The notes below the pieces were generated by a model. It did not search any database. It was not told the DNA's origin and saw only the letters and a list, made by a program, of their open reading frames with translations. Below are positions 37,883 through 51,502 of a DNA stretch of 64,000 nucleotides, piece by piece; positions within the stretch are counted from its first letter, which is position 1; every line of letters starts with the position of its first letter. Location: positions 115,320,001 to 115,384,000 of the forward strand of contig OX597819.1 in NCBI GenBank assembly GCA_951406725.2, written 5' to 3'. The position numbers and the translations under genes are program-made. This stretch comes from Octopus vulgaris (lineage: Eukaryota).

Positions 37883-38399
37883 TAGATGATTGGCACTGCT
37901 TGTCTGACGGTGACGCTCATTTACACCTACCATGCGATGTCCAGACAAAGAGATGCCACACACACACACACGATGGACTCTGGTTTCAGTCTCCCTATTA
38001 AGGGAGGAGCCATAACAAATGAGAAATCAGTTTTATTTAATTCAAGATAATATTTTACTTCTGAAAATTTGTATTCACTTCATTATTTTCTATAAAGACC
38101 AAAATAATTTGATAAAAGATTATAATTATAGTATATATATATATATATACTATATTTCCTAATATTACTTATGGTGTTCAAAATATACTTCCAGACTTTA
38201 ATGTCCTTCTGTTATTGGCTCCAGACACTGTTTTCTATATTAGTGGATTGCATCAATCATAATTCATACAAAATACAAAAATAATAGGGACTACTAACAG
38301 TTGAAAAATACAATTTAGTTGACAAAAATTTGATCTACAGAAAAATTTTAAAACAAGGGAGGTAACTCCAATACAACGAGTTGATTGAAATATTTAGAT

Positions 38400-38990
38400 G
38401 ATATTACTATAATGGGCATTATGTCCGTCTGTCTGTCTGTACCCTCTTCCCGGTTAGACGGCTAGGCCAATGGTCATGATGTGTTCCTTGGAGGAGGTGA
38501 TCAGGAATTTTTTTTGTGAAAAACAAAGTGGAAAAGTATGATTATTTATGGTTGTGGATGTCTTACTATAATGGGCGTTATGTTCGTCTGTCTGTTTGTA
38601 CCCTCTTCCTGGTCAAACGGCTTGACCTGTGGTCACAATGTTTTTCGGGATTATGAAGGAGGTAATCTGGAAGGGTTTTAGCGAAAATAAATTCGAAAAA
38701 GTATGATTATTTCGTGGATATTGAAGGTTTGTTCAGTTTACAAGTGTTAAAAAAAAGTAAATAATAATTAAGGGGGAGATAACTAATAAAAAAAGCGAAG
38801 GGAAGTAACTTACTATAACGGGTGTTATGTCCGTCTGTCTGTCTGTCTGTTCCCTTTTCATTGTCAAACGGCTACACCAATGGCCAGGATATTTTTCAGG
38901 ATTACGAAGGAGGTAATCAGGAAAAAATGTGAAAAAGTATGATTATTTAGTGGATATTAAGTTTTGATTTGTTTTTTTGTTAAAATCCCT
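38400..38990 (+). repeat. Three diverged copies of a Helitron/Helentron-like 5' module
   Basis: tactataatggg..ttatgtccgtctgtctg repeated at ~38406, 38564, 38810. Confidence 0.55.
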
Positions 38991-40086
38991 GCGACCAGGC
39001 TTAACTCTGAATTTCCCCATCTTTGTTTAATACCTTTATGTAGTAGTCGAAGGAAGGTCTGACTTTCGTTCGGAGTGGTTCACATAACTGTTCATGATAC
39101 AGAGGGTGGGAGCCTATTTCAGTTCAGGAGTGAATCACCATCACTCCTAGGCGTAGGGGTGGCTGTGTGGTAAGTAGCTTGCTTACCAGCCACATGGTTC
39201 TTGGTTCAGTCCCACTGCGTGGTACTTTGGGCAAGTGTTTTCTACTATAGCCTCGGGCCGACCAAAGCCTTGTGAGTGGATTTGGTAGACGGAAACTGAA
39301 AGAAATCTGTCATATATATATGCGTCTGTGTTTGTCCCCCCAACATCGCTTGACAACCGATGCTGGTGTGTTTATGTCCCTGTAACTTGGCAGTTCGGCA
39401 GAAGAGACTGATAGAATAAGTACTAGGCTTACGAAGAATAAGTCCTGGGGTCGATTTGCTTGGCTAAATGCTGTGCTCCAGCATGGCCACAGTCAAATAA
39501 CTGAAACAAGTAATAGAGTAAAAGACATGTCATATAGCTGTAATAGAATGCTGTACCACCAACGATAATGTGATTTCTCTAAGACATCACCCAGGAATCT
39601 ATCAAGTCCACTTACACTTTTCTTACTTAATACATACTGCTGTTATGCCTCCATCGTAGATGGGTAGATTTGCTAGTATAGACAATACTGATTTGGTCTT
39701 TTAAGTCAGATAGCGAAAGCATATATCTCCTGAACAGAGTATATTTTGGTTGACCAACTTTAACAGGATGAGGAGCAAAACAAAAAGAAACAACACAAAT
39801 AATTTAGTGGTACACTTAAGGGGGCTGAAGTAGGAGAAGAGAATGGGTATTTTTTGCTGTAGAGGAGCTACATGGCCACTCACATTTTAAAACTGAGTAG
39901 GGTGATTGGGGTGGAGCTGGAAAGAGGTAAAAATAGTGGTGACGAGGTATTTGGGTGGACCCTCTTAGTACAAAGTAAGTAGAATTGTATGGGAACAGGA
40001 GAAAATGAAGTCGTAATTTTCTAATTATTTAATATTTTCACTTTTAAATGGTTTAGAGATATGTAATTTTGTTTTCTTTTTAACAG

Positions 40087-40398
40087 GCTGACAAATTAAT
40101 TCGAGAGATCAAGAAAGTTCAAAATGATGGTTTTGACCCAAACCACACACGTAGGCTGTCGCAGCCTGAAGCTGAGTTTCATGCAGCTGCTAATGAAAAT
40201 TCTTCAGAAAAAACAGGAGATACTTCAGATGATGAGATCGTATTTGTTAAAAATCCTGATCGGCAGATTACCGTCGATGTTGGTGATTTTCTTGGAGACC
40301 ATAACAAACTCAATAGCGCTGCGGAACTGAAAGATTGTGAAGACGAACTTGATAAATTAAGTGTACATAACCAGACAGTTGATTTTGAAGATTTTAAG
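40087..40398 (+). CDS. NUSAP1: NUSAP1 exon 2
   Basis: ADKLIREIKK...FEDFK, 312 nt, phase 0/0, completes the SAP-like motif. Confidence 0.88.
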
Positions 40399-41948
40399 GT
40401 AATAATTTTTTTTTGTCATTTGGCTGTTCTGTGTTAAAATCCTACTCGGATTACTGAGTCATGATACTCTTTTCTCTCTTTTACTTGTTTCAGTCATTTG
40501 ACTGTGGCCATGCTGGAGCACCGCCTTTAGTCGAGCAAATCGACCCCGGGACTTATTCTTTGTAAGCCCAGTACTTATTCTATCGGTCTCTTTTGCCAAA
40601 CCGCTAAGTGACTGGGACGTAAACACACCAGCATCGGTTGTCAAGCAATGCTAGGGAGACAAACACAGACACACAAACACATACATACATATATATATAT
40701 ACATATATATTAGCATGGAAAGCGGACGTTAAACGATGATGATGAGATATATATATATATACACGACAGGCTTCTCTCAGTTTCCGTCTACCAAATCCAC
40801 TCACAAGGCATTGGTCAGCCTGGGGCTATAATAGAAGACACTTGCCCAAGATACCACGCAGTGGGACTGAACCCAGAACCATGTGGTTGGGTAGCAAGCT
40901 ACTTACCACACAGCCACTCCTGCGCCTTGGTTTTGGTCTTTTTGTTATAACCTTGCTTACATCTAGGATGCTTTCCTGTAATGGTTCTTAACCTGAGTTG
41001 CAACACTGTTTTATGGGAATTGTGAACTTACAGATGAGTACAATTGGGAAAATGCTTGGAGGGAGTTACTCTTTTACTTGTTTCAGTCATTTGACTGTGG
41101 CCATGCTGGAGCACCACTTTTAGTCGAGCAAATCGACCCCAGGACTTATTCTTTGTAAGCCTAGTACTTATTCTATTGGTCTATTTTGCCGAACCGCTAA
41201 GTTACGGGGACGTAAATACACCAGCATTGGTTGTCAAGCAATGTTGGGGGGGACAAACACAGACACACACACATATATGCATATATACAACGGGCTTCTT
41301 TCAGTTTCCGTCTACCAAATCCACTCACAAGGCTTTAGTCTGCCCGAGGCCATAGTAGAAAATACTTGCCCAAGGTGCCACACAGTGGGACTGAACCCGG
41401 AACCATGTAGTTGGTAAGCAAGCTACATACCACACAGCCACTCCTGATTTTTCTTTAAAATATATTTAAACCAAGTATAATGCTTATATTTTAACCAAAT
41501 TTCAACAATATAAAAAAAATTTTAATTCCTTATCAGAATTACAATGTGAACAAGCTATGTTATCAGCAATGTAACATCAAAGTCCAGATTTTACAGCAGT
41601 GGTGCATTTGTTTTAAATGTCATTCTGCTGTACCAAAAAAGAATCAAAATTATAATTGACCTGTAACTAATTGTGGCCATTTAACTTACCCCTCCCCTTC
41701 ACCCACAAAAGCAGAAATTCACTCACCAAATATATTTACACACATTAAGTATAATAATATGATGCAATGTATTATTGCTCTTAGTGACATTACTTTTGAG
41801 AAAGTAAATTGGCTCTTTATTGGTTTTGATGATTCTTCCACTCATTTTATTGATAAAAATACCCATTGAATTCAAAAGTTGTACTGAATTCTTCTTTATT
41901 TGCAAAATTAATTGATGCAAAGACAGTTTATTTCAACAAAAGGATTAA

Positions 41949-42169
41949 CCCTTTCATTACCAACCCAGCTGAAACCGGCCCTGACTCTGAGTACAAATGT
42001 CTTGTTTTCAATAAGTTTTGAATTAAAATCTTGCACCAGACCTTAGTCACAATTTATGTTCCCAACACTAGCTGAATGATAACTAAGTTATTTTACTAAA
42101 TTCTTTGTTATATTTAAAGTAATTGAAAGCAACACAGAGCATCTCAACATAAATACAGTAACAAAAGGG
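41949..42169. mobile_element. piggyBac-type MITE (second copy 49703-49923)
   Basis: TTAA|CCCTTT...AAAGGG|TTAA, 221 bp. Confidence 0.9.
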
Positions 42170-43381
42170 TTAAAGGTTAAACGTATACCTTCCCACAACT
42201 GCTTCTGTTAAAGTGCTCAGATTTAAATTCAAATCTTCAGCAGAAATCTCGTTACATATTACACTTCAATAATTAAACGTTTGTTTTTTAATTGAAAGTT
42301 TAAATTATTTTATTAAAATCTTATAATTCTTTCGTCATTATCATCATCATCATCATTGTTTAGCGTCCGCTTTCCATGCTAGCATGGGTTGGACAGTTCA
42401 GCGGGTGTCTGGGAAGCCAGAAGGCTGCACCAGGCCCAGTCTGATCTGGCAGTGTTTCTACGGCTGGATGCCCTTCCTAACGCCAATCATTCCGTGAGTG
42501 TAGTGGGTGCTTTTTATGTGACACCGGCACAGGTGCCAGACGAGGCTGGCAAACGGCCACGATCGGATGGTGCTTTTTACGTGCCTACTTTTCCTTTCTT
42601 GCATGGATCAGAGAGAATTTAATGAAGCAGATTTTCTATGGTCAGGTATTAGACAAGGACACACACACTTAACAGACTTTTTTCAGTTTCCATCTACCAA
42701 ATCCACTCAAGACTTTAGTCAATCCAAGCTATTGTAGTAGACACTTGCCTGAGGTGCTATACTATGGGACTGAACCTGAAACCATGTGATTGGGAAGCAA
42801 GCTTCTTAACCACACAACCATGCTGGTGTCTTCATCATCATCATCGTTTAACGTCCGCTTTCCATGCTAGCATGGGTTGGGCATATGACTGAGGGCTGGT
42901 GAACCAGATGGCTGCACCAGGCTTCAATCTTGATCTGGCAGAGTTTCTACAGCTGGATGCCCTTCCTAACACCAACCACTCCGAGAGTGTAGTGGGTGCT
43001 TTTACATGCCACCAGCACAGGGCCAGTCAGGTAGTACTGGCAACTATCTTGCTCGAATCTTTTACACATGCCACCGGCACGGGTGCCAGTAAGGCGATGC
43101 TGGTAACGATCACACTCGAATGTTGTTTTTTACGTGCCACTGGCACGGAGGCCAGATAGCTGCTTTGGCAACGATCACGCTCGGATGGTGCTCTTAATAC
43201 CCTACAAGCACTGGGCTCAAGTGCCAGTAAGGTGACGCTGGTAACGATCACGCTCGAATGTTGCCTTTTAAGTGCCACTGGTACGGAAGCTGGTTAGCCG
43301 CTCTGTCAATGATCACACTCGTATGGTGCTCTTTGCACCCCGCTAGCACGGATACCAAACAGAATGTATTCTTATTAGAAA

Positions 43382-43757
43382 CTAGCAGTATCGCCCGGCG
43401 TTGCTCGGGTTTGTAAAGGAAATAACTATAAAGCATTTTTAGAGAGTTATAGCCAAATAATGCATAAAAAATGGAAAAAATATGATGGTAAATTTTTTTT
43501 TAAATCGTTGACTCATCGTAGACATTTTTAGAGAGTTACTTCCCTTTAAAAAATATGCATTAAAATGGGAAAAAATGATGGTAAATTATTTTTTAAATCG
43601 TAGACTCATCGTAGACGCGCGCTAATACCCAGAAGGGCTCGATATGAATCACGACTATAAGATACCCGGTTTTGGTTAAACTGCACCGCAAAATGTGGGA
43701 GTAGTTAGGAATCTAAATCGGAGTAGACAGACACACAACCTTACTTTTATATATAGA
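43382..43757 (-). mobile_element. Non-autonomous Helitron
   Basis: Minus strand a|TCTATATATAAAA... CCCGAGCAACGCCGGG hairpin ...CTAG|t. Confidence 0.85.
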
Positions 43758-43797
43758 TATGACAACAGTATTAAAGATAGTTATTTTCTGTTTTTAG

Positions 43798-44035
43798 GAA
43801 AATGACAAAAATGAGAGTGGGACTAAAGAACTGCAAAATGGCAGTGTACTAGATACTACCTATGAAGTGTTACCTGATGTCGAAGACCCGGAAGATGAAT
43901 CAACAAATGATGACCCGGCTGTCAACAAGAATAACAGTGTGAATGAACTTTTGGACGTAATGAAACCTGATATGACTAACGAAGAAATGAAAGCTGAACT
44001 GATGGCAGCTATTGATAAAAAAGTTCAGAAAAGAA
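43798..44035 (+). CDS. NUSAP1: NUSAP1 exon 3
   Basis: ENDKNESG...ELMAAIDKKVQKR, open frame, phase 0/1. Confidence 0.85.
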
Positions 44036-45172
44036 GTAAGTCCTGTTTACTTTGCAGCATGTGAGCTCATTGTGAACCATGTTTTGTGTTACATTCAATG
44101 TATTTCTTGCTCTAATGATTTAGATAAGTGTCTCTCCTTTGTAGTTATTCTTTTTTCACTAAAACAATATTTTGTAAAGCACACCAGTGCTCTGCAACTC
44201 TTTGCAGGTTCTTTTAGCCCTTCAGCTTCCAGATTATTCTGCCAAATGTAATGCTTATTTAGTCACATTCATTATCATCATCATCATCATTTAACGTCCG
44301 TTCTCCATGCTAGCATGGGTTGGGCGTATGACTGAGGGCTGGCGAACCAGATGGCTGCACCAGGCTTCAATCTGATCTGGCAGTGTTTCTACAGCTGGAT
44401 GCCCTTCCTAACGCCAACCACTCCGTGAGTGTAGTGGGTGTTTTTTATGTGCTACCTGCACAGGTGCCAGGCGAGGCTGGCAACGGCCACGATCGGATTG
44501 GTGCATTTTACGTGCCACCGGCATGGAAGCCAGACAAGGTGGCGCTGGCATCGGCCACGATTCGGATAGTGCTTTTTACGTGCCACCGGCACCTTGAATT
44601 AATTATACATTATCTTGCAGTGTCAAGATTTCAGTGATGTGATTGTTTATTTTAAGAATGACATTGTAGGGTAAGTGTGAGGCTGAACCTGACTAGTTCG
44701 AACACAAAATAGGTAGATTATTTGGACTGGATATGGCCAGTTTAAATGCTAATGGGTTAAATCAAGGTAGAGCACACAGCTTTTTATATTACAGTATTTT
44801 AGTTTCATTCCTCTCCTTTTACAAATTGCAAAAGTTTACCTTTTGACCGACAGATTTAAAAAAATAATTATTTGTTACTGAGGTGCTATGCCATAACACC
44901 AAACTCCATTTTGGTAATAGAAACACTTAAACTCACTTATACAAATGTTAATAGTGTGTGTATATATACACATACTCCCACTCTCCCATATTCACATACA
45001 TACACACAACTTGTCAGTCTGCACGTGTTCATATGTGTGTCAGTGTGTGTATGTGTCAGTAGTGTTCATTTGATTCTCTTTCACTGTGACAAATTTTTTT
45101 ACATCACAGGAATCTTTCGTTAGCATTTTAATATAAAAAGTTTTTTTAAACTCTGATTCTCTTCTGCTACAG

Positions 45173-45277
45173 CCACAACCAATACAATTTCAAAATCAGC
45201 AACAGAATTTGATAATTGTGTCAACATGGTACTATCTTCCAAGAAGGAATCAAATATTGCAGAGCCATCTGAAAGAG
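45173..45277 (+). CDS. NUSAP1: NUSAP1 exon 4
   Basis: TTNTISKS...EPSER, phase 1/1, ctacag acceptor and gtaagt donor. Confidence 0.78.
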
Positions 45278-45389
45278 GTAAGTTGTTTATTTAAAGGAGG
45301 GGTTAGGTTTTTTAAATTTTTTTTATTTAACAGTTTAGTGTGTCTGGGCTGTACTTATGACTTTTGCAGCCTGGTGCTGTTTCTATTCA

Positions 45390-45790
45390 GCTTTGTATAA
45401 CTGTAGTCATCATCTGTAAAGAAAGCTTGGTTGAGAAGAGCATTCCAGTGAGATAATGTGCTTGGGAAAAAGGATTTAAGTCACTGATTAGGTGATGAGT
45501 AGTGAGATAAAATGGGGAAAAGGAGAGAGGGGTTTCTTTTGCATGAAAGTGGTATGCAGCTAGCTAGTTCATAAGTGGTTGTTATAGTAACAATAGAATA
45601 GGAAGTAAGGATACAGTATCTCTGTGGAAAAAAGATTGTAGTATTTTGATTTGGCAGATTACTTTGCTTCAAATATAAAGCTAGGATGTTTGTGTGGGAG
45701 AGTTATTCTATCTTGTGTCTTATTTGATCTTTAAAGAGGGTCACCAAACAAGTGAAACTGAAGTATTTTCTGACTCTGGAATAAAAGGAT
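45390..45790 (-). mobile_element. Old LINE 3' RT fragment
   Basis: Minus strand LKSFFPSTLSHWNAL matches the SFFP.T...WN.L LINE C-terminal motif. Confidence 0.5.
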
Positions 45791-46108
45791 TGCCTTTAGG
45801 TCAGTCATGGGCAACCTAAAGTTTCCAGGTTTATTTGAATGACACTCCTTATGAAAAACTACCTTCAGTTTTTTTAAATAAGATGACCTGCTTGATGAAA
45901 TGTTTCACATGACCTGCTTCTTGAAAATGGGTAACCCATGCCTGATTTCGGCTGTATTATAGTTTTGGCTGTAATGTGCTTATCGGTGACCAAGAAGCAC
46001 TTACATGTAAGACCTTGTAACTATTGTAGTTGATGTAACTATAGTGAGACACTACCATACTTGTATTCATAAACCTTTCATTTTTTTTTTTTATTTCAAA
46101 CCATGTAG

Positions 46109-46293
46109 CAGGTAAAAAATGGGAGAAAATTCATCGGAAAATGTTTCAGAAATTTGACTCCCTTGATGTGTATTTAGAAAAGAAAAACAAACGTGCTCAG
46201 AAACTGCTTACACCTGCACGGCTTGCTAAACAGATTGTGGAAGAGAATAAAAAAATATCAGAAAAACAAAGTTGCCGATCGCTGCAATCTAAG
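46109..46293 (+). CDS. NUSAP1: NUSAP1 exon 5
   Basis: WEKIHRKMFQKFDSLDVYLEKKNKR matches the conserved NuSAP block. Tandem TAG/CAG acceptor. Confidence 0.92.
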
Positions 46294-47635
46294 GTGAAGT
46301 TCATTTTCTTTTCAATTTTCTGTTAACTCCTTTCAACTTGACATATTACCTAGTTTTTATCCAGCATCAAGTATCAAATAATTTTCATGAATGTGTTGTG
46401 TTGCATTTATTAGAAGCATAATATGATCATAAATTGTGACCCACTATGGAGTTATGGCTTTTATTAGGGTCAGCCTTCCTTGATTATTTCATTTTGAATC
46501 AACCTTGATCCATCAGGCATATGATCATGTTCTGGACATGTCTATCTAGGCTTATATTCTTAATGTATCTAGGACTACGTTACAGTATCCTATTCATGTT
46601 TTGTCTTTTAAAACAGTAGGATAAAATTTGGTCACTATTTCATGTCATACAGGTCAAGCAACCTGTATGACAAGCACTGGCATGATAAAATGCACCCAGT
46701 ACATGATGTAAAATGGTTGGTGGTATAAGAAGAATCTAGCCATAGAAACCCTGTCAAAAAGGGAATGTACAAATGAGTTGTGGGCTCCTCGACCCACATC
46801 ATCAGTTACAAATCTAGTTTCAGAATAACTTTGAATAAAAACTGATCCTATTTAGAAAGCACTTAGGTCTTGAAATGGACAGTTTCACTAGAGCTGGTGA
46901 CATGATGAAATGCATCCAGTACAGCTGTAAGATGGTTGGTGATAAGAAGAGCATCAAGCCATAGCGACCACACCAAAAGTGAAGCATGAATTGACATATA
47001 TAGCAATTAACTCTTTTCTTTAATGTTCCAGGAATTTAATGAAGTGCTATAAGATTCACCTAACCCATGCTAACATGGCAAAGAGATGTAAAATGATTAC
47101 CTTTGGTCTTTGGGTTGTGTTATATGTCAATTACATAGTTTGACAAGAGGTTCCATTCGAGTATCATATTGATGTATCTCCTCTACAGTAAGATACCTGT
47201 TTCTATCCCTCTATCACATTCTAACCTTTCATCATCTGGCACGAGACCACCTCCACCAATACCATCCACTTGGAAGATCTTTGTCTTGCAAGTTACTTGG
47301 TGACCCTACTAGTGCTGGTGCATCTAGTCCATACTCTAAAGTGGCTGGTGTTTTGGAAGGGCATCCAGCTGTAAAAACTGTGCCAAAACAGGCCTTGCTG
47401 GTGCTGTTGCCACATAGAAAGCTCTCAGTCCACTCTCTGGAGTGGTTGGTTTTAGGAAGGGCATCCAGCCAAAATAGATGGTGAAGCCTGGTGCAGTCTT
47501 CTGCCTAGCCAGCCCCTGTCAAACTGTCCAACACACGCCAGCATAGAAAACGAATGTTAAATGATGTAGTAGTAGTAGTAGTAGTAGTAATAGTAGAATA
47601 ACTATTTGTATTGACTTCTAATTCTTTCCTTACAG

Positions 47636-47870
47636 ATTCCAAAACGTGCTCCTGTGACTAGTTTCATTCCTAAAGTGACATCGGTAAAAGAAATATGTTT
47701 ACAGTTCACAAACTCCAGTTCTAAGTTACCAAAGTCTTCGAAAAAAGGGCAGGAAACATCTGCAAAGAAGTTGAGTGCCAAGAAGGTGTCTACCTCTTCT
47801 AAAAAAACTGATTGTAGAGCACCTTTCATGTCACCAAGGATGAATGAGAGCAAAACTGAGAAAAAAGTTT
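47636..47870 (+). CDS. NUSAP1: NUSAP1 exon 6
   Basis: IPKRAPVTSFIPKVTSV...TEKKV, phase 0/1. Confidence 0.88.
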
Positions 47871-50471
47871 GTAAGTATTTTGTTTGTTTTTAAACTTTAT
47901 TGCATCATCATCATCATCATCATCATCGTTTAATGTCCGTTTTCCATGCTGGCATGGGTTGGACGGTTCAACCAGGGTCTGGGAAGCCAGGAGGCTGCAC
48001 CAGGCTCCAGTCTGATCTGGCAGTGTTTCTACAGCTGGATGCCCTTCCTAATGCCAACCACAACGTGAGTGTAGTGGATGCTTTTTTACGTGCCACCGGC
48101 ACAGGTGCCAGACGAGGCTGGCAAACGGCCACGATCAGCTGGTGCTTTTTATGTGCCACCGGCACGGAAGCCAGTCAAGGTGGTGCTGGCATCGACCATG
48201 TACGGATGGTGCTTTTTAGGGGCCAGGGGAGGCTGGCAACGGCCATGCTTGGTTGGTGGTTTTTGCAAGTTCCATTAATTTTTCATTCATCAGAGGATTC
48301 AAACTTTGTACTTTAAACTAATAGAGTACTTGGCAATTATTAATGCCTGTCACTTTATACCATCAGTTAACATTACATCTCCACAATACCCAGTTCCTGC
48401 ATTGTTTTGTATCTGCTACAAATGTTAGACAACCTTCCACAAATTACCCCCTAATACCTTTTAAAAGGAAAATGATATATTTAATAATATAGTCTAAGGT
48501 ATGTCTGAGCAAAGATGATGGTCGTGGCTGGAAAGCCTTTGATTTTATATCTGCTTGATTAGAAGCTAATATGGGGCTTAACAGCCTTCATATTATTAAA
48601 AAGGTTTTGAATCTAGCATTTTAAGATCCCAAAATATTTGTCAATTATACAGTTGTCCACTCATTAACTGTACCTCGATATGGTACCTATTGTTAAAATG
48701 TAGAATTATTTCTATTAGTTATTTTATTTTTATAATTACAAAATTTGCCAATATATAAGACACACTTTTATGTTTTTAAATGCATCAAAAAAAGAAGTCC
48801 TGTGTTTATTGTGGCTGTATTATGGTTGGGAGACTGAGTGTTGTGGGTTAAGATGAGCAAAAGTTGGCTGAGCACAATAACTGTTGCTAATAGGCGCAGG
48901 ATTGGCTGTGTGCTAAGTAGCTTGCTTACCAACCACATGGATCCGGGTTCAGTCCCTTTGCGGCAAGTGTCTTCTACTATAGTCTCGGGCCAACCAAATG
49001 GTAGACGAAAACTGACAGAAGCCCCGTCATATATTTGCATATGTATATATATATATGTGTGTTTGTGTGTCTGTGTTTGTCCCCCCAACATCACTTGACA
49101 ACCTATTTCTTTATTACCCACAAGGGGCTAAACACAGAGGGGACAAACAAGGATAGACATAGGTATTAAGTCGATTACATCGACCCCAGTGCGTAACTGG
49201 TACTTAATTTATTGACCCCGAAAGGATGAAAGGCAAAGTTGACCTCGGCGGAATTTGAACTCACAACGTAACGCAGATGAAATACCGCTAAGCATTTCGC
49301 CTGGCGTGCTAACGTTTCTGCCAGCTCGCCGCCTTATCATCACTTGACAACCGATGCTGGTGTGTTTATGTCCCTGAAACTTAGTGGTTCGGCAAAAGAA
49401 ACTGATAGAAAAAGTACTAGGCTTACAAAGAATAAATCCTGGGGTCAATTTGCTCGACTTATGGGCGGTGCTCCAGCATGGCCGCAGTCAAATGACTGAA
49501 ACATGTAAAAGAGTAATAATAAAATATTGGAAACAAGTCAAATTATCACTGCCTGTTTGTACAGCCTTATGAAAAATTGCTTACTGTAAATCAGCATATA
49601 TATATGGAGAAATCATATCATCTCATTGTACTCATTTTGCCAGCATACATAATCTACGCGTAACATATGTCTTACATTATTTGATGTCAGTATTGCCTTT
49701 AACCCTTTCGTTACCAACCCGGCCAAAACCGGCTCTGGCTCTGTAATACAAATGTCTTGTTTTCATAAGTTTTGAATTAAAATCTCCTACCAAACCTTAG
49801 TCACAATTTATGATCCTAACACTAGCTGAATGATAACTAAGTTATTTTACTAAATTCTTTGTTATATTTAAAATAACTGAAAGAAACACAGAGCATCTCA
49901 AAATGAATACGGTAACGAAAGGGTTAAGAAACGTTTAAAATTATCTAAGTGAAAAATTCTAGAAAGAGGAAAGGCATTTTAAATTGTTATCTGCCTGTCA
50001 GTTGTTTGCAATGGGTGGATGACAGCAACACCATAGCAGTGGTGCACCATACTGGAAACTGATCACAGTTTCATAAAACGTCATTGCCAGAAATATGAGT
50101 TTTTTTTTTTTATATCCTGCTTGGAAATTCTCTTGGCCAAAATATTTAAACATAAAGTTGAAATACAGTATTTTTACAGGATACTTTATTTATGATATAT
50201 CATTAGTGTGTGTGTGTTTGTTTGTAACCGTGTCTTATTTCTTTACTGCCCACAGAATAGTTAAAACTTATCATGGTTGATTAGATCTTAGTAGGGAAAG
50301 CATCATAGTCTTTGATGCTGATTTGTGACCCATAGGAGGATACTTAATAGGAAGGAAACCTAATTTAGGCTGCTGTTGTGTGCATACTAAAGTAAAAAGA
50401 TGGTAAACTGCAAATGCTCAATTATATAAAAGATTTATAATGCTAATTCAATTTTGAATCTTCTCTTCCAG

Positions 50472-50667
50472 TTACACCTTTCAATTTTATTGCAAACAAA
50501 AGCATATCATCTTCTGGAGCCAAAAAACCAAAATTTGATCTGCAAGCCAGTCTAGCCAAGCCAATTACATGGAAGCAACATAAAGGCAAATTAAAACCTC
50601 TTGCAATTGGCGATACTGAGCCGAAGTACTTCAAGAAAGGCCTCCAAACATCTATTGAAGCAAACAG
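50472..50667 (+). CDS. NUSAP1: NUSAP1 exon 7
   Basis: TPFNF...KFDLQASLAKPITWKQHKGKLKP is the NuSAP signature FDLxASLxxP....HKGKLKP. Confidence 0.95.
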
Positions 50668-50682
50668 GTGAGATATATATAA

Positions 50683-50967
50683 TATAATAAAATTAATGTA
50701 TACAGTGCTCAGGTGCACTACAACTTGTCAATAAGTGCATATAAAGTATATGCAGTAATGTACAAATGTCTGGACAGCAAACAGTGTATGAGTCAGATAC
50801 ATGCTTGTGTGTGTATGGAGGGGAGAAAATCAGGTGTAGTGTTGGCGAATCTCAGGAACCACGGAAGTTTTGAAGGATGCTGTGCTCTGACAAATAACAA
50901 CTGATGCTGGCAGTTTGTTCCATGCTTCAGCAACTCTTAGCGTGAAAAAATGTTTCCGAAAGTCATG
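50683..50967 (-). mobile_element. CR1-type LINE 3' end
   Basis: Matches the 3' end of the 101-1266 family. Confidence 0.88.
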
Positions 50968-51502
50968 AATCGTTCATTTTCTATTTATGTAATTCTCCAC
51001 TCCTATTCAAATTCTGTTAATCCAAGTAGGTTATACATACATTTAAATTTATGCAAGTACTGGCAATATTCCCTGCTTGAGAAGACTCACAAAGCTAAGT
51101 GGAATCGTAGTTGTGGCAGATACTGGCCTCATCAGCTGGTACCCATGTCAGCGACACATGTAAAAGAACTCATTATACTTTGGAATGGTTGGCATTAGGA
51201 AGGACATCCAACCATGCCAAATCAGACTGGTGTGTGGTGCAGCCCCTCAGCTTACCAGCTCTGGTCAAACCGTCCAACCCATGCCAACATGGACAGCGGA
51301 TGTTAAATGATGATGTTCCAATATTCTGCCAGAACGTTTGCCCAAGTGGGGAATATTACTGTGCTTAAAAACAGGTGAGGGTTGATATTAGGGAGGGCAT
51401 CTGGTTGTAGAAAATCTGCCTCAATAAACTATGTCCGACCCATGTAAACATAGAAAAGTGGGCATTAAAGTGACAACGATAAAATATAAAACCTTATCTA
51501 TG

